From the NCBI GenBank assembly GCA_963749495.1, contig CAVVMW010000012.1:352001-416000 (forward strand): DNA of 64,000 bases, in the 5' to 3' direction. This document shows, one piece after another, positions 21,200-32,300 of the stretch. The DNA is from an uncultured bacterium. Its GTDB lineage: Bacteria; Verrucomicrobiota; Verrucomicrobiia; Limisphaerales; UBA8199. How positions within the stretch are numbered: the first letter of the stretch is position 1; each line of letters starts with the position of its first letter. The notes beneath the pieces are model-generated. The model was not told where the DNA came from. It saw only the letters and a list, made by a program, of their open reading frames with translations, and searched no databases. The translations under genes and the position numbers were made by a program.

Positions 21200-23794
21200 T
21201 CATCTCCCTGCTCGCAGCGTCTCTGTGGTTATGCTTGGCCTTCCGAAAGCCCTTGCTTGTTCCGTCAGAAGGTCTTTCGCCAGGGCATGACTGGGGTCGC
21301 GCCTCAGGACTCTCCTCAATAAGGACAACCCGCGTGTCCTCTCTCCCAATCCAAGGCGCGCCTGGGCCTCCAGAAAGAGGGCGGTGGTCTGCTGGCGAAA
21401 CTGCAGGTCATTCTCGAAGAGCAGCATCGTCGGCAGCGAGGTGGCGAAGTAATCAATCTTGGCTTCCGCCCTGTGCAACCGCCGCGCGCAGGCCAGCAAT
21501 TGGCCAAACAGTTTGCGCGCCCTCGCCTTTCGGCCCAGGCGCTCCCACGAGAGGGCCGAATAATAGGTCATCTCGCTGAAGGCGCGGGCGCTCATTTGCT
21601 GGAAATCGCCCTGGAAAGTTGCCGCCGCCCGCCATTGCGCGCGCGCGGCAGCCGCCTCGCCGCGCTCGGCCAGCGCGCAGCCCAGCCAATAGTGGATGTC
21701 GCTCGGGTTGGCCAGCAGATGCCGGGCCTCGCCGAGGTTTTGCGGCGCCGCCAAAGCGGCGCGGAAATGGGCGACGGCGCAGTCGAGAACCTTCCGTTTC
21801 TTCGCCTCACGGCCCGAGCAAGCCGGCGCGGATCGCCCTCGTGCAGCCGAACTCCCCTGAGCGCACACATCGGTCCCTCGCCTTCGGCCCCTCGCCCCTC
21901 GCCCATCGCCCCTCGGCCGCTCGTCCCTCGGCCCCGTCGCGGCCTGCCGGAGCGCCAGCCGGCCCAGCGCCAGGCGCGAGCGGACGTGCTGCCCGAGCGG
22001 ACCGCCCTCGCCGCCTTCCCAGGGCTGGAAGTTGCGCGAACTGACCAGAGCCAGCGCGTCCTCGTGCCGGCCGGTCTGGTTGTAGAGCGCGCACAGTTCA
22101 ACGCTCAGGTCGTCCCGCTGCCGCATAAATGCGGCGTTCCGGGGGACAGTGCCGGGATGCGCCCGGTCGCACTTGAGTGTCCGGCCCTTGAGGTGCCTTG
22201 CCCACCAATCGAGGCGATCCAGGCGCAATGTCTCCTCCAGGAGCGCCTCGGCCCTGGCGCTGGCGCCCAGTTTGCGCAGGACCAAGACCTTGAGGTCGCG
22301 CGCGCGCAGATTGTCCGAGTCCAGCCGGAGCGCGCGGTCGAGGTGGTCGAGCGACTCGGTCCCCCGGAGTTGCAGATCGGCCTCCATGAGGCGCCGAAGC
22401 CCGCAAGGTTTTGGACTGCGGCAGTCCTCTGCCGCTTTCGCTTCGCCCTGCCCAGGGGTCGGGAAAAGCGGCAGAGGACTGCCGCAGTCCAAAACGCTTC
22501 GCGTTGCACGGCCACCCGTGCCGTTCATGGTCCCAGTGGACGATTTCAAATCGTGGAGGCCCTCCATGATGCCGGGCGGCAGTGGGATTTCCTCGAGCAC
22601 AGGTTTGCCCGGGGCCAAATCCCGGCGCAAGCGGCCGAGTATCTCGCAGGGGCGCTCGGCAGGGCCATCAGGTTCTCCTGCGCGCCGGTGCTCAAGGATG
22701 ATCCACGCCTTCGGATGGGCGGCCGTTGCCGCCACACCGAGCCGGACGACGGCAGTCTGGGGATGGCTGCTTTTTGGCTGCGGCCGGGCCTGGTTGACCC
22801 GCAGCGAGATGGCCGCCTCCAAATTGGCGTGCCGGGCCGGGCCGATCTTCTGGATCGGGTACCGATACTGGCTCCAGCTCTTGGTCTCCCCGGGCTGCAG
22901 GAAGCTGAAGTCGGGCTGGTTGTCCGTATAGACACCCGCCATGAGTTCGATATAGGGAGCGTACTGGCCTTGGGCGTCAGGGTCGGTCAAATTGCGGTCC
23001 CACGCGTAGCCGAACTGGTGGTTCCCCCACGTCCACTGTTTCTTGCCGGGCGCGATGTGGTGGTTGGCGACGTGGACGATGCCCGCCTGGGCCGCGTAAT
23101 CGTAACCGCCAAAAAAATCCTCCCGCGAGTCCGCGCACATGTAGCTGCAGGGCGTGGGGATGTTGGCGTAGAAACCCAGGTCATTGGGCGCGTAGTCGGG
23201 AAGCTCGAGAGGCTTAACTCCGTAGGGCAGGCTTTTGAGCCTGCCGGTGAGGGCGGCTTTCAAGCCGTCCGAACCAGGCCCCAAGCCCGGCCGGCAATGC
23301 GGCGGCACGAACTGGCCCGGCACCTCGCCGCGCGGGATGCCTTTTCGCCCGCGCTCACCGTAATTGACGCCGTAGTAGAAACCCTGCGCCAACGGGTACT
23401 CGCTGGTCGAGCGCCGGGCGTGGTCGGCCACATATTGGACGTCCGGCGGGAAAAAGCTTTGATAGGCCTGGTGGACGCGCGTGGCGACGTTGGCCCACCA
23501 GAGAAAGGTCTGCACGAAGGGCGTGCGATTATAGACGCGGACCTTCAGTTCGAGGAAGGCCTTGCCCGGGTGCAGGCAAACCCCGTGCATGCCCTTCATC
23601 CGCGCCATCGGGTCGTGGTCGCTGCACCAGATTGTCTTCGCGCCGTCGGCGTGCTCCTCGATCTCGAAGTCCGCCGGCAGAAACGTGGCCGGCCGATGAT
23701 GCTGCGGCCAGTTGAACTCGATGCCCCCGGAAATCCAGGGTCCCGCCAACCCCACCAGCGCCGGCTTGATGACGCGCTGCTTACGGGCCTTCAA
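21200..23794 (-). pseudogene. DUF5107/TPR protein, apparently 5'-truncated and carrying several in-frame repeat insertions
   Basis: VIKPALVGLAGPWISGGIEFNWPQHH, PGKKQWTWG, YIELMAGVYTDNQPDF, FQPWEGGEG, IDYFATSLP; ORF begins at the conserved motif right beside a palindrome. Confidence 0.8.
22396..22503. repeat. TTTTGGACTGCG-family hairpin in frame in the DUF5107 gene
   Basis: Matches 18535-18635; encodes [12 protein letters not shown]...[13 protein letters not shown]. Confidence 0.9.
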
Positions 23795-23796
23795 TC

Positions 23797-23884
23797 CTTC
23801 GTTTCCTTCGTTTCCTTCTGTTCTTTTCCTGCGTCCCGCCGGCTGGGCGCAGGAAAAGAACAGAAGGAAACGAAGGAAACGAAG
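23797..23884. repeat. Perfect 37-bp inverted repeat containing 9-mers (CTTCGTTTC)
   Basis: Arms 23797-23833 and 23848-23884. Confidence 0.92.
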
Positions 23885-23939
23885 AGGCGGCCTGCTGCGG
23901 CGGCATCAATCGGGCCCGTGCCAGTTTGAATCTGGACTC

Positions 23940-25265
23940 CTAGACACTTTTTGTGACGCACATCCCAATACTTCCTGGCGCGGCCAGTCGGGCGACGTAG
24001 GTGCCGTCCACCGCATCGGCGAAGGGGAACAATTGGCGCTCGTGTTCGAGGGTGAAACCGGGGCATTGGCGGAGGAATTCAGCGATGACCTCCTGGTTCT
24101 CTTCCGGTTCGAGGCTGCAGGTGCTATAGACCAGGCGGCCGCCGGGGCGCAACCGGGCGGCGGCTTGGCTCAGCAAATCGAGTTGGACCGCCCGCAGGCG
24201 CTGGATTTCCTGGGGCCGTATCCGCCAGCGCAGCTCCAGACGCCGCCGCATCACTCCCGTATTGGAGCACGGGGCATCCACCAGGATGCGATCAAAGCGG
24301 GCGGAGGAGGGGCCGAGCGTCGAGACGCAGGTGATGCCGAGCCGGGCGCAGTTCTGGAGGACCAGTTTGAGCCGGTCCGGGGCGTTGTCGTGTGCCACGA
24401 GCCGGCCCTGGTCGCGCATGAGCTGGGCCAGGTGGCTCAGCTTGCCGCCGGGCGCCGCGCACAGGTCCAGGACCGTGTCGCCTGGCTGGGGGTCAAGCTC
24501 CCTGGAGGCCAGCAGCGCGCTGGGGTCCTGCACGTAAAAGAGCCCCTGCTGGAAACTGGCCAGCCCAGCCAGGGGCGGACACGACTTGAGCTCGAACACC
24601 GAATTCTCCTCGACCCAGTCGCGGCAGACCAATTCGTGTTGCACGTCCTCCTCGTGCCATTGAGCCAGGAGCCTGGCGGGGTCCGCCTTGAGGGTGTTGA
24701 GCCGGGCGAAGGTGGCGGAGGGTGTGTTGTTCCACTCCATGAGGCGGGCGGCGCGGTCCGGGCCCCAGCGCCTGCGCCAGCGCTCGACGAGCCACTCGGG
24801 ATGCGAATACCCCAGATGGGGCTGCGAGACTTTCAGTTCTGCGAGCAACCGGCGGGTCGGCTCCAACTCGCGCAAGTAGCCGCGCAACAGGGCATTGACG
24901 AACCCCGCCTGGGCGCCAAAACCCATCCGCCGCGCCAATTCGACGGTTTCATGAACGGCGGCATAGGCCGGGATGCGGTCGAGCCAGAAGATCTGGAACA
25001 GACCCAGGCGCAAGAGATTTTGCAGTAGGGCCGCTTGCGTGCGATTTTTTGTCCGACGGGCAATAAGCCAATCGAGCGTTGCCTGCCAGCGGACGGTTCC
25101 ATAAACTAGCTGCTGGCAGAGATGGCGGTCGGAGGGCGGAAGCGGCGTTTGGGCCAAAGCCAGGTCGAGCCGGTGCTCGATGAAATCGCCGCCCGGGCGC
25201 CTCAGCAGCAGCCGCGCCGCAATTTCTCTTGGTTTTTGTCCGCTCACGACCTTTAATAGTCGCAT
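23940..25265 (-). CDS. rsmB: 16S rRNA m5C967 methyltransferase RsmB (start ATG 25265 or GTG 25247)
   Basis: NusB-like N-domain (GFVNALLR), YSHPEWLV, VQD, DLCAAPGGK, DAPCSNTG, YSTCS. Confidence 0.93.
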   Translation of the reverse strand: MRLLKVVSGQKPREIAARLLLRRPGGDFIEHRLDLALAQTPLPPSDRHLCQQLVYGTVRWQATLDWLIARRTKNRTQAALLQNLLRLGLFQIFWLDRIPAYAAVHETVELARRMGFGAQAGFVNALLRGYLRELEPTRRLLAELKVSQPHLGYSHPEWLVERWRRRWGPDRAARLMEWNNTPSATFARLNTLKADPARLLAQWHEEDVQHELVCRDWVEENSVFELKSCPPLAGLASFQQGLFYVQDPSALLASRELDPQPGDTVLDLCAAPGGKLSHLAQLMRDQGRLVAHDNAPDRLKLVLQNCARLGITCVSTLGPSSARFDRILVDAPCSNTGVMRRRLELRWRIRPQEIQRLRAVQLDLLSQAAARLRPGGRLVYSTCSLEPEENQEVIAEFLRQCPGFTLEHERQLFPFADAVDGTYVARLAAPGSIGMCVTKSV

Positions 25266-25293
25266 TCCCCGCCGGGGGGAGGCGAGGCGGAAG

Positions 25294-27130
25294 ATGGATA
25301 TGAGAGAAGAATTTGAGAAAATGGCGGCGGCAGGCAAGCTGGAGCGCCACCACATCGAGTCGCTAGTGCAGCTTGCCGCCAGCGGGTTTTGCATGCACCG
25401 CAGTTGGGGCTTCGGGCGGATACGGACGGTGGACACCGTCTTTGCCCGGTTCACGATCGATTTTCCGGACAAGCAGGGGCACGCGATGGACCTGGGGTTC
25501 GCGGCGGAGTCGCTCAAGCCGATCGGCAAAGACCATATCCTGGCCCGCAAGGCGGTGGACCTGGAGGGACTCAGGCAACTGGCGGCGACCAACCACCTCG
25601 AACTGGTCAAGCTGGTCCTCACCAGCTTCGGCGGCAAGGCCACAGCCGACCAAGTCCAGCAGGTGCTGGTGCCCGATGTCATCCGGGACGACTGGAAGAA
25701 ATGGTGGGAGGCGACCAAGCGGGAACTGCGCCAGGACGGCCATTTCCAGGTGCCCCTCAAAAAGACCGAGCCGATCCTTTACCAGGCCAAAGAGGTCTCC
25801 CTGCAAGACCGCCTGCTGGAGGAGTTTCGCGCCGCAAAGGGCCTCAAGGCGCGCCTGACGGTCGCCGGAGAACTCATCCGCAACGCCCACGACCTGTCCG
25901 ACAAACAGGCCGCCGCCCTCGATGTCATCACCGCCCTCAACACCGAGATCGCCAACTACCAGCGCACCCAGCCGGCCGTGGCCCTGGAGGCCATCTTCGC
26001 CCGCGACGACGTTCCGGCAAATGGCCGGGCTGGAGCGCGCACCCGAGGAACCCGAGGCGCGCGCTGTCTGGGGCCTGGACCCCAGGCTCGGGCCGCTGAT
26101 GGAGGGGCTGCCCGCCACCAAGCACCGCCGTGCGCTCGAATCGTTCGAGGCCGCTACTCCCGACCGCTGGCAGGAGGCCCTGCGCAACAACCTCAACAGC
26201 GTCACCGCCAAGCTTTGCCGCGAGTTCGCCGCCCTCCTCATCCACAAGGGCCACATCGACCTCCTCAAAGAGACCCTCGCCCGCCTCATCAGCCAGCACA
26301 CCGCCAGCAGCGAGTTGTTGCTCTGGCTGGCCAAAGACCGCAACGACTCCTTCGCCGACATCCTCGGCCCGGAGGTCTTCCGCGCCATGCTCACCGCCAT
26401 GGAGCGCGACCAGTTCAACGAGCGGCGCTCCAACCGCCTGCGGGACTACATCCTGGACGACCAGGAACTGCTGGTCGAACTCATCGGCTCGGCCGACCTT
26501 GAGGTGATCAAGGACCTGACCCGCGCCCTCCAGCTCTCGCCCTCCTTCGACGACATGGACAAACGCTCGCTGCTGGCCCGCATCGTCAAGAGCTACCCCG
26601 CCGTTCAGTCGCTCATCTCCGGCGAGCAAACCAAGCAGGAGACCCACCTGGTCGTCTCCTGGGAGAGCCTGGAGCGCCGCAAGAACGAATACCGCGAGCT
26701 GGTCGAGAAAAAGATCCCCGCCAACTCCAAGGAGATCGCCCTGGCCCGCAGCTACGGCGACCTGCGCGAGAACCACGAATACAAGGCCGCCAAGGAGATG
26801 CAGAAACTGCTCATGCGCCGCAAGGCCGAACTGGAGACCCAGATCGTCCGCGCCCGCGGCACCGATTTCGCCAACGCCCGCACCGACGCCGTCAGCATCG
26901 GCACCATCGTCCGCGCCACCGACCTGGCCACCAACCAGCCGGAGTGCTTTACCATCCTCGGCGCCTGGGACTCCGAGCCGGAAAAGGGCCTGGTCAGCTA
27001 CCTCTCCCCCATCGCCCAATCCCTCCTCAACCGCAAGGTCGGCGAACAGGTCGAGTTCGAAATCAACCAGGTCCGCCACCAGCACCGCATCGACTCGATC
27101 GAGCCGTTCAAGACGCCTGCCGCGCAGTAG
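25294..27130 (+). CDS. greA: Long-form transcription elongation factor GreA; frameshift near 26012
   Basis: C-terminal ARSYGDLRENHEYKAAKE...ILGAWD...SYLSPI; long N-terminal extension (H.SWGFG, WKKWW) as in PVC/spirochaete GreA; ORFs 25180-26502 and 25922-27130 join. Confidence 0.9.
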
Positions 27131-27310
27131 GGGGGAGGTTGAGCATCCGGAGACGATCCGGTCGGTCTGAATCTCCGGCCCAAAGGGCCGACAGAGCCTA
27201 GCCCAGGGCTGAGGCCGCCAGGCCGATGCCCTGGGAACACACCCCCGGAAGATTAGGCGCGCCCTGAAATGGCGCCAGAGGGCTATGGCGCCCTTTCAGG
27301 GGAATGGCAC

Positions 27311-27661
27311 TTACTTAGTGCCTAAAACTTTGGCGCTTAGGCGCTTGCGTCGATGGGGATGAGGTGCCCTCTGGAAGATAATCTTGCGGGACAGCCGCTC
27401 CATGTCACGCAACAGCCCCCGCACCTGTCGGTAGTGGTTAACCGCTTGGCGCATCTGCTCGAACTCCTCCTGGGTTAGTGAGACGGTGATCGTCTTCTGC
27501 GCGACTTTGCGCGTCCACTGGTAACCGGCACCTCCGCCCGAGCGCCGCGTGCGGTCCTGCACCGAGCCCTGGCTGAGGTAGCCTATTTGGCTCAAACGGC
27601 GTCGCAATTGCTCGTATTGCCGGTCCCAGGAGGCGGTGCCCTCATACAGATTTTTGTTCAT
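27311..27661 (-). CDS. DUF6788-like IS accessory protein
   Basis: L..IG.L.QGSV...YQWTRKV..KT.TV.L......R.AV.NYR....LL..ME.LS pattern; stop lies in the left terminal repeat. Confidence 0.7.
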   Translation of the reverse strand: MNKNLYEGTASWDRQYEQLRRRLSQIGYLSQGSVQDRTRRSGGGAGYQWTRKVAQKTITVSLTQEEFEQMRQAVNHYRQVRGLLRDMERLSRKIIFQRAPHPHRRKRLSAKVLGTK

Positions 27662-27713
27662 CGGCCTCAATTTTAGCTTGCCGGTCAAGCATAGTCCAGT
27701 ATATATACTGGAC

Positions 27714-29179
27714 ATGCACACGCCCTTTTTCCCACCCTGGCGCTCTCGCCTGGCCCGCTTGGGTTCCCGCACCGCCCACGCCTGCCGCCAGGTCCGCGCC
27801 TATACCCTCTGCCAACTGGAAAAGTGCTTCTCCTCCTCGGTACCCAGGAGTGCTTTCCCAAGGCCAAGGCCTCCGCCCACAAAAACTGCCGCGACCGCGA
27901 CTACACCCGCTGGCGCACCTTCTGGTGCATGGTCTGGCAAGCCCTCAACCCCGACGCCTCCGGGCGCGAGGTCGTGCGCCAACTCCAGGCCCTCTTCCTC
28001 TTGGAAGACGGCCCCCAGATCTCCCCCGAGGACGGCGCCTACTGCCGCGCCAAGGCCCGCCTGCCGCTCAGGCAATTCCCCAAGGTTTTGGCCGCCACCG
28101 CCCGGGCCGCCGACAAGCAAGTCCCGGCCCTGACTCAACTCCAAGGCCGGCCCCTCAAGGCCGCCGACGGCTCGGCCCTCACGCTGGCCGACACGCGCAA
28201 AAACCGAAGGGCGTATCCCCCCATGCAGTGCGCCGACAAACCCAGCTTCCCCAAGATGCGCATCGTCGTGCTCTTTTCCATGCTCAGCGGCGCGATCCTG
28301 GCCATGGCCCAAGGCAGCTTGGCGCTCTCCGAACTGTCGTTGTTGACGCTGCTCAGCAGCCAATTGGTGGCCGGGGATATCCTGGTGGCAGACCGCGGCT
28401 TCGGTTTTTACGCGGTCCTCGCCTGGCTCAAGCACCTTCTGAACGTGGACTTCATCGGGCGGTCCACGCGCCGGCTCGATGGGCGAAGGCGCCTCCGCCG
28501 CTTGGGCAGAAACGACTGGCTCTTCGTGTGGGGAAAACCCCAGCGCCGGGCTCCCTGGCTGACGCTGCTCCAATGGATTGGCTTGCCCAGCCAGTTGACG
28601 GTGCGCGTGGTCAAGGGCAGTTGCTATCAGAAAGGCTTCCGCGTACGCCAGGTCAAACTGGTGACCACGCTCTTGGACCCAGAACTCTACCCCGCCGAAC
28701 AGATCCTCCGCGCTTACTTGCGGCGGTGGCGCCTGGAGATGTGCCTGGATGACCTGAAAACCACTCTGGAAATGGAGACCCTCCGCGGGCGCAGCCCGAA
28801 CATGGTTCGCAAAGAGGCCTACACGCGCCTCATCGCCCACAATCTCATCCGTGGCACCATGGCTCAGGCCGCCACCGAACATGAGGTGCCCCTGGAGCGC
28901 ATCAGCTTCAAAGGCTCGCTGGACGCAATCCGGCACTTTACCCAGGCCATGGCCCAAGCCCGCTCCAAAAAGAAACGCCGCCAACTGTGGTCCGATCTGC
29001 TCGAAACGCTAGCCGCCGATTTGGTCCCCGAGCGGCCAAACCGACGCGAGCCGCGCGCCGTCAAACGCAAGAAAAACAAATACCCACGGCTCAACGCACC
29101 CCGCCGCAGGTTCCGCGATCATCTCAAACGTCACACGCGCCGCACCAGGGCCCGTTTGCGCAAGCTCGGTCTTATGTAA
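27714..29179 (+). CDS. IS4-family DDE transposase; frameshift near 27830-27870
   Basis: AYCRAKARLP, ADGS, DILVADRGF, LVTTLLD, Y..RW.LE...D.LK (YREK-like), RREPRAVKR; stop lies in the right terminal repeat. Confidence 0.92.
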
Positions 29180-29396
29180 GCGCCATTCCCCTTTCAGGGC
29201 GCAGGGCCCGGGTTTGTGGCGAAACCCAGGGCATCGGCCTGACGGCCTCAGCCCTGGGCTAGGTTCTGGCGGCCCGTTGGGCCGCAAGGCAGCGCAGGAA
29301 AGGCGGCTCATTCTCTCCAAACTCAGTTCACGTAGTGACAGTCGGAATCACTCGCCAGTGAACTTCCGATCCACGGACCCTCCGGCCCCAAGCTCC

Positions 29397-32300
29397 CTAC
29401 TGCTCCCCATTGCTCTGCTGGCGCTCCCAGCGCCTGGGGGGGCGCTCGGGCGGGGTGGTATCGATCTTCGCGAAATACGTCTCCTGGCCAAAGAGGTCGT
29501 CGGCGGTCTGTTGCAGGACGCGGGAAGGGGTGACGAAGAAGTGCTCGTGTGCCTCGACGAAAATCACCTCGCCTGAGGGGCGGACGAAGCACAGGAAGAG
29601 CGGGCACTTGCCCGGGTGCATGGCAATCAAGGCGCGCACGGAGTCGAGGTTCTCGGGTTTGAGATGGGCAGTGTGGAGGCGGAGATGGACCTGGCGGGTG
29701 AACCGCTGCGGGGCGTCCTCCAGGGGGATAATCTCCTGGGCGAAGAGCTTGGGCTTGTCGTCGCCGGTGTTGTTGACCTCGCCGAGGGCCAGGATCGGTT
29801 TGCCGGTTTGGAGCCGGTCGCGGGATTTGTCGTAGCAGTCATTGAAGCAGAGGATCGGGATCGAGCCATCGAGGTCCTCGAGCGTGACGAGGGCGTAGGG
29901 CTTGCCGCTTTTCTTGGAGATGCCGCTCTGGACGGCGGCGATCATGCCGCCCAGGCGGGTGAGGCTGCGATTGTCCAGCCCGGCGAAGGTCCGGGTGTTG
30001 GCCAGCGAATACTTGGCCAGGAGGTCCGCATAGGGGGTGAGCGGGTGGCCGGTGACGTAAAAGCCCAGGAGTGCCTTTTCGTTGGCCAGCAGTTCGTGCT
30101 GGGGCCATTCCGGCAGGCCCTGCGCGGCGTCCGGCGCCTCCAGGGCCGCCGTCGGGTCCAGCAGACCGAAGAGCGAACTCTGTCCGCTCTGGCGGTCGGC
30201 GATGACGCCGGCGGCGCGGGCGAGCGCCCGCTCGATTTGGGCAAAGAGGGTCGCGCGCGTCTGGCCCAGGCCATCGCAGGCCCCCGCCTTGATCAGGGCC
30301 TCGAGCACCTTCCGGTTCAAGGAGCGGCCGTCCACCCGCTCGCAGAGGTCGTGGAGGGTTTTGAAATGGCCGCCCTGTTCGCGGGCCTTGAGGATGGCCT
30401 CGACGGCGAGCTCGCCGACGCCTTTGATGGCAGCGAGGCCGAAGCGGATGGCGGCGGGGCCAGCCTTGCCCGGCGCCGGGGCGAAGCGGACCTGGCTCTG
30501 GTTGACAGCGGGCGGGAGGACCTCGATGCCCATGGCGCGCGCCTCGCCGATGTATTCGCTGAGCTTGGCCGTGTCCGCCATGTCGTTGGTCATCATGGCG
30601 CAGAAGAACTCGACCGGGTAATTGGCCTTGAGGAAGGCGGTCTGGTAGGCGACGATAGCGTAGGCGGCGGCGTGGGACTTGTTGAAGCCGTAGCCGGCGA
30701 ACTTCTCGAGCAGGTCGAAGATCTGGTTGGCCTTGGGGGCGGGGATGCCGTTCACCCGGGCGCAGCCCTTGACGAAGGTCTCGCGCTGCCTGGCCATTTC
30801 CTCGGGCTTCTTCTTGCCCATGGCGCGGCGCAGCACGTCGGCGCCCCCGAGCGTATAGCCGGCCAGGACCTGGGCGGCCTGCATGACCTGCTCCTGATAG
30901 ACCATGACGCCATAGGTCTCGCGGCAGATCGGCTCCAGCAGCGGATGCTCATACTCGATTCGCACCTCCCCTTGGCGCCGGGCGATGTACTCCGGGATCA
31001 ACTCCATCGGCCCCGGACGGTATAGCGCGATGAGCGCCGTGATGTGCTCGATGCTGCTGATCTGGAACTTGCGGCAGAGGTCGCGCATCCCGCCCGATTC
31101 CAACTGGAAGACCCCGAGCGTGTTCGCCTTGTTGAGCAGTTCGTAGGTCGGGGCGTCGTCCAGCGGCAGATGCTCGATCGGCACCTCCAGGCCCCGCGTC
31201 CGCCGCACCATCTCGCACGTGTTCCGGATGACCGTCAGGGTCTTGAGGCCCAGGAAATCCATCTTCAGCAGGCCCAAGTCGCCTACCGGCCCCATCGCGT
31301 ACTGCGTCACGATGGAACCGTCCTCGTCCTGCTTGAGCGGGAGCAGGTTGACCAGGGGCTGATCGCCGATGACCACCCCGGCGGCGTGGACCGAGGCGTT
31401 GCGCGTGAGGTCCTCCAGGACCAACCCCGTATCGATCAACTCGCGCGTCACCTCCTCGCTCTCGTAGGCCGCCTTGAGCTCCGGCGACTGCTTGAGCGCC
31501 TTTTCCAGCGTCATCTTCAGGTCCGGCGGTATCATCTTGGCCAGCCGGTCGCAGTCGCCGTAGCTCAGGCCCATCACCCGGCCCACGTCCCGCACCACCG
31601 ACTTGGCCCCCAGCGTGCCGAAGGTCACGATTTGCGCCACCGCCTGCCGCCCATACTTCTCCCGCACATACTCGATGACGTCGCCCCGCCGGTCGTCCGC
31701 AAAATCAATGTCAATGTCCGGCGGGTTGACCCGCTCAGGGTTGAGAAACCGCTCGAAGAGCAGCCCATAGCGGATGGGGTTGACGTTCGAGATGCCCAGC
31801 AGGTAAGTGACGATGGAGCCGGCGGCCGAACCGCGCGCCACGCACGCCACGCCCATCTCGTGGCCCCGCCGGACAAAATCCCCAACGATGAGAAAGTAAC
31901 TGACAAAGTCGGTCTGCTCGATGACCTTCAACTCGTGCTGGAGCCGATCCATCACCGCCTGGACCGCAGGATCTGAAATCTGATCCTCGGACTCTGGACT
32001 GTGGACCGCAGGATCTGAAATCTGAGATTTGGAATCTGAAATCTGATCCGGGGACTGTGGACTCTGGACTGTGGACTGTGGACTGCCCGTCCTCTCCTCC
32101 CTCCGTAGCAGGGCTACTGCGGAGGACGGGCGCAGTAGCTCTGCTACGGAGGGTGGATGGACCGTGGACTCGATGACGAACCCGCCGTCCTGGGTGCGGG
32201 CATGGATGCCGTAGCGGTCGCGCAATCCCCTGGCCACCAACTCCCGCAGGTAACCCTCGCGCGTGAAGGGGGCGGGCGGATCGAAGACCGGGTAGTGCAG

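Larger units (their letters stand above)
27302..29188 (+). mobile_element. IS4-family insertion sequence with a divergent accessory ORF
   Basis: Terminal repeats GAATGGCACTTAC and GTAAGCGCCATTC (1 mismatch); 11-bp direct repeat CCCTTTCAGGG at 27291-27301 and 29189-29199. Confidence 0.93.
27176..29284. repeat. Four-palindrome REPIN-like element split by the IS4-family insertion
   Basis: 39-bp arms 27197-27235 and 29225-29263 are reverse complements (1 mismatch); outer GGCCCAAAGGGCC / GGCCCGTTGGGCC; inner GCCCTGAAATGGC / GCCCTTTCAGGGC. Confidence 0.9.

Noticed and set aside
21473..23929. Long antisense or alternate-frame ORFs (also 10929-12611, 38911-40956, 57910-59457)
   Set aside because: Shadow ORFs of high-GC genes with no recognisable motifs
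25990..26030. Programmed frameshift or true pseudogene in greA (also 12546, about 27850, 39210)
   Set aside because: Single extra bases without slippery motifs, spread over unrelated genes, fit consensus errors better
25294..27130. Long GreA as a novel fusion
   Set aside because: N-terminally extended GreA is already known in Chlamydiae, spirochaetes and relatives
31961..32170. Intein in DnaE
   Set aside because: No intein terminal (His-Asn) or endonuclease motifs; the DNA repeats explain the segment
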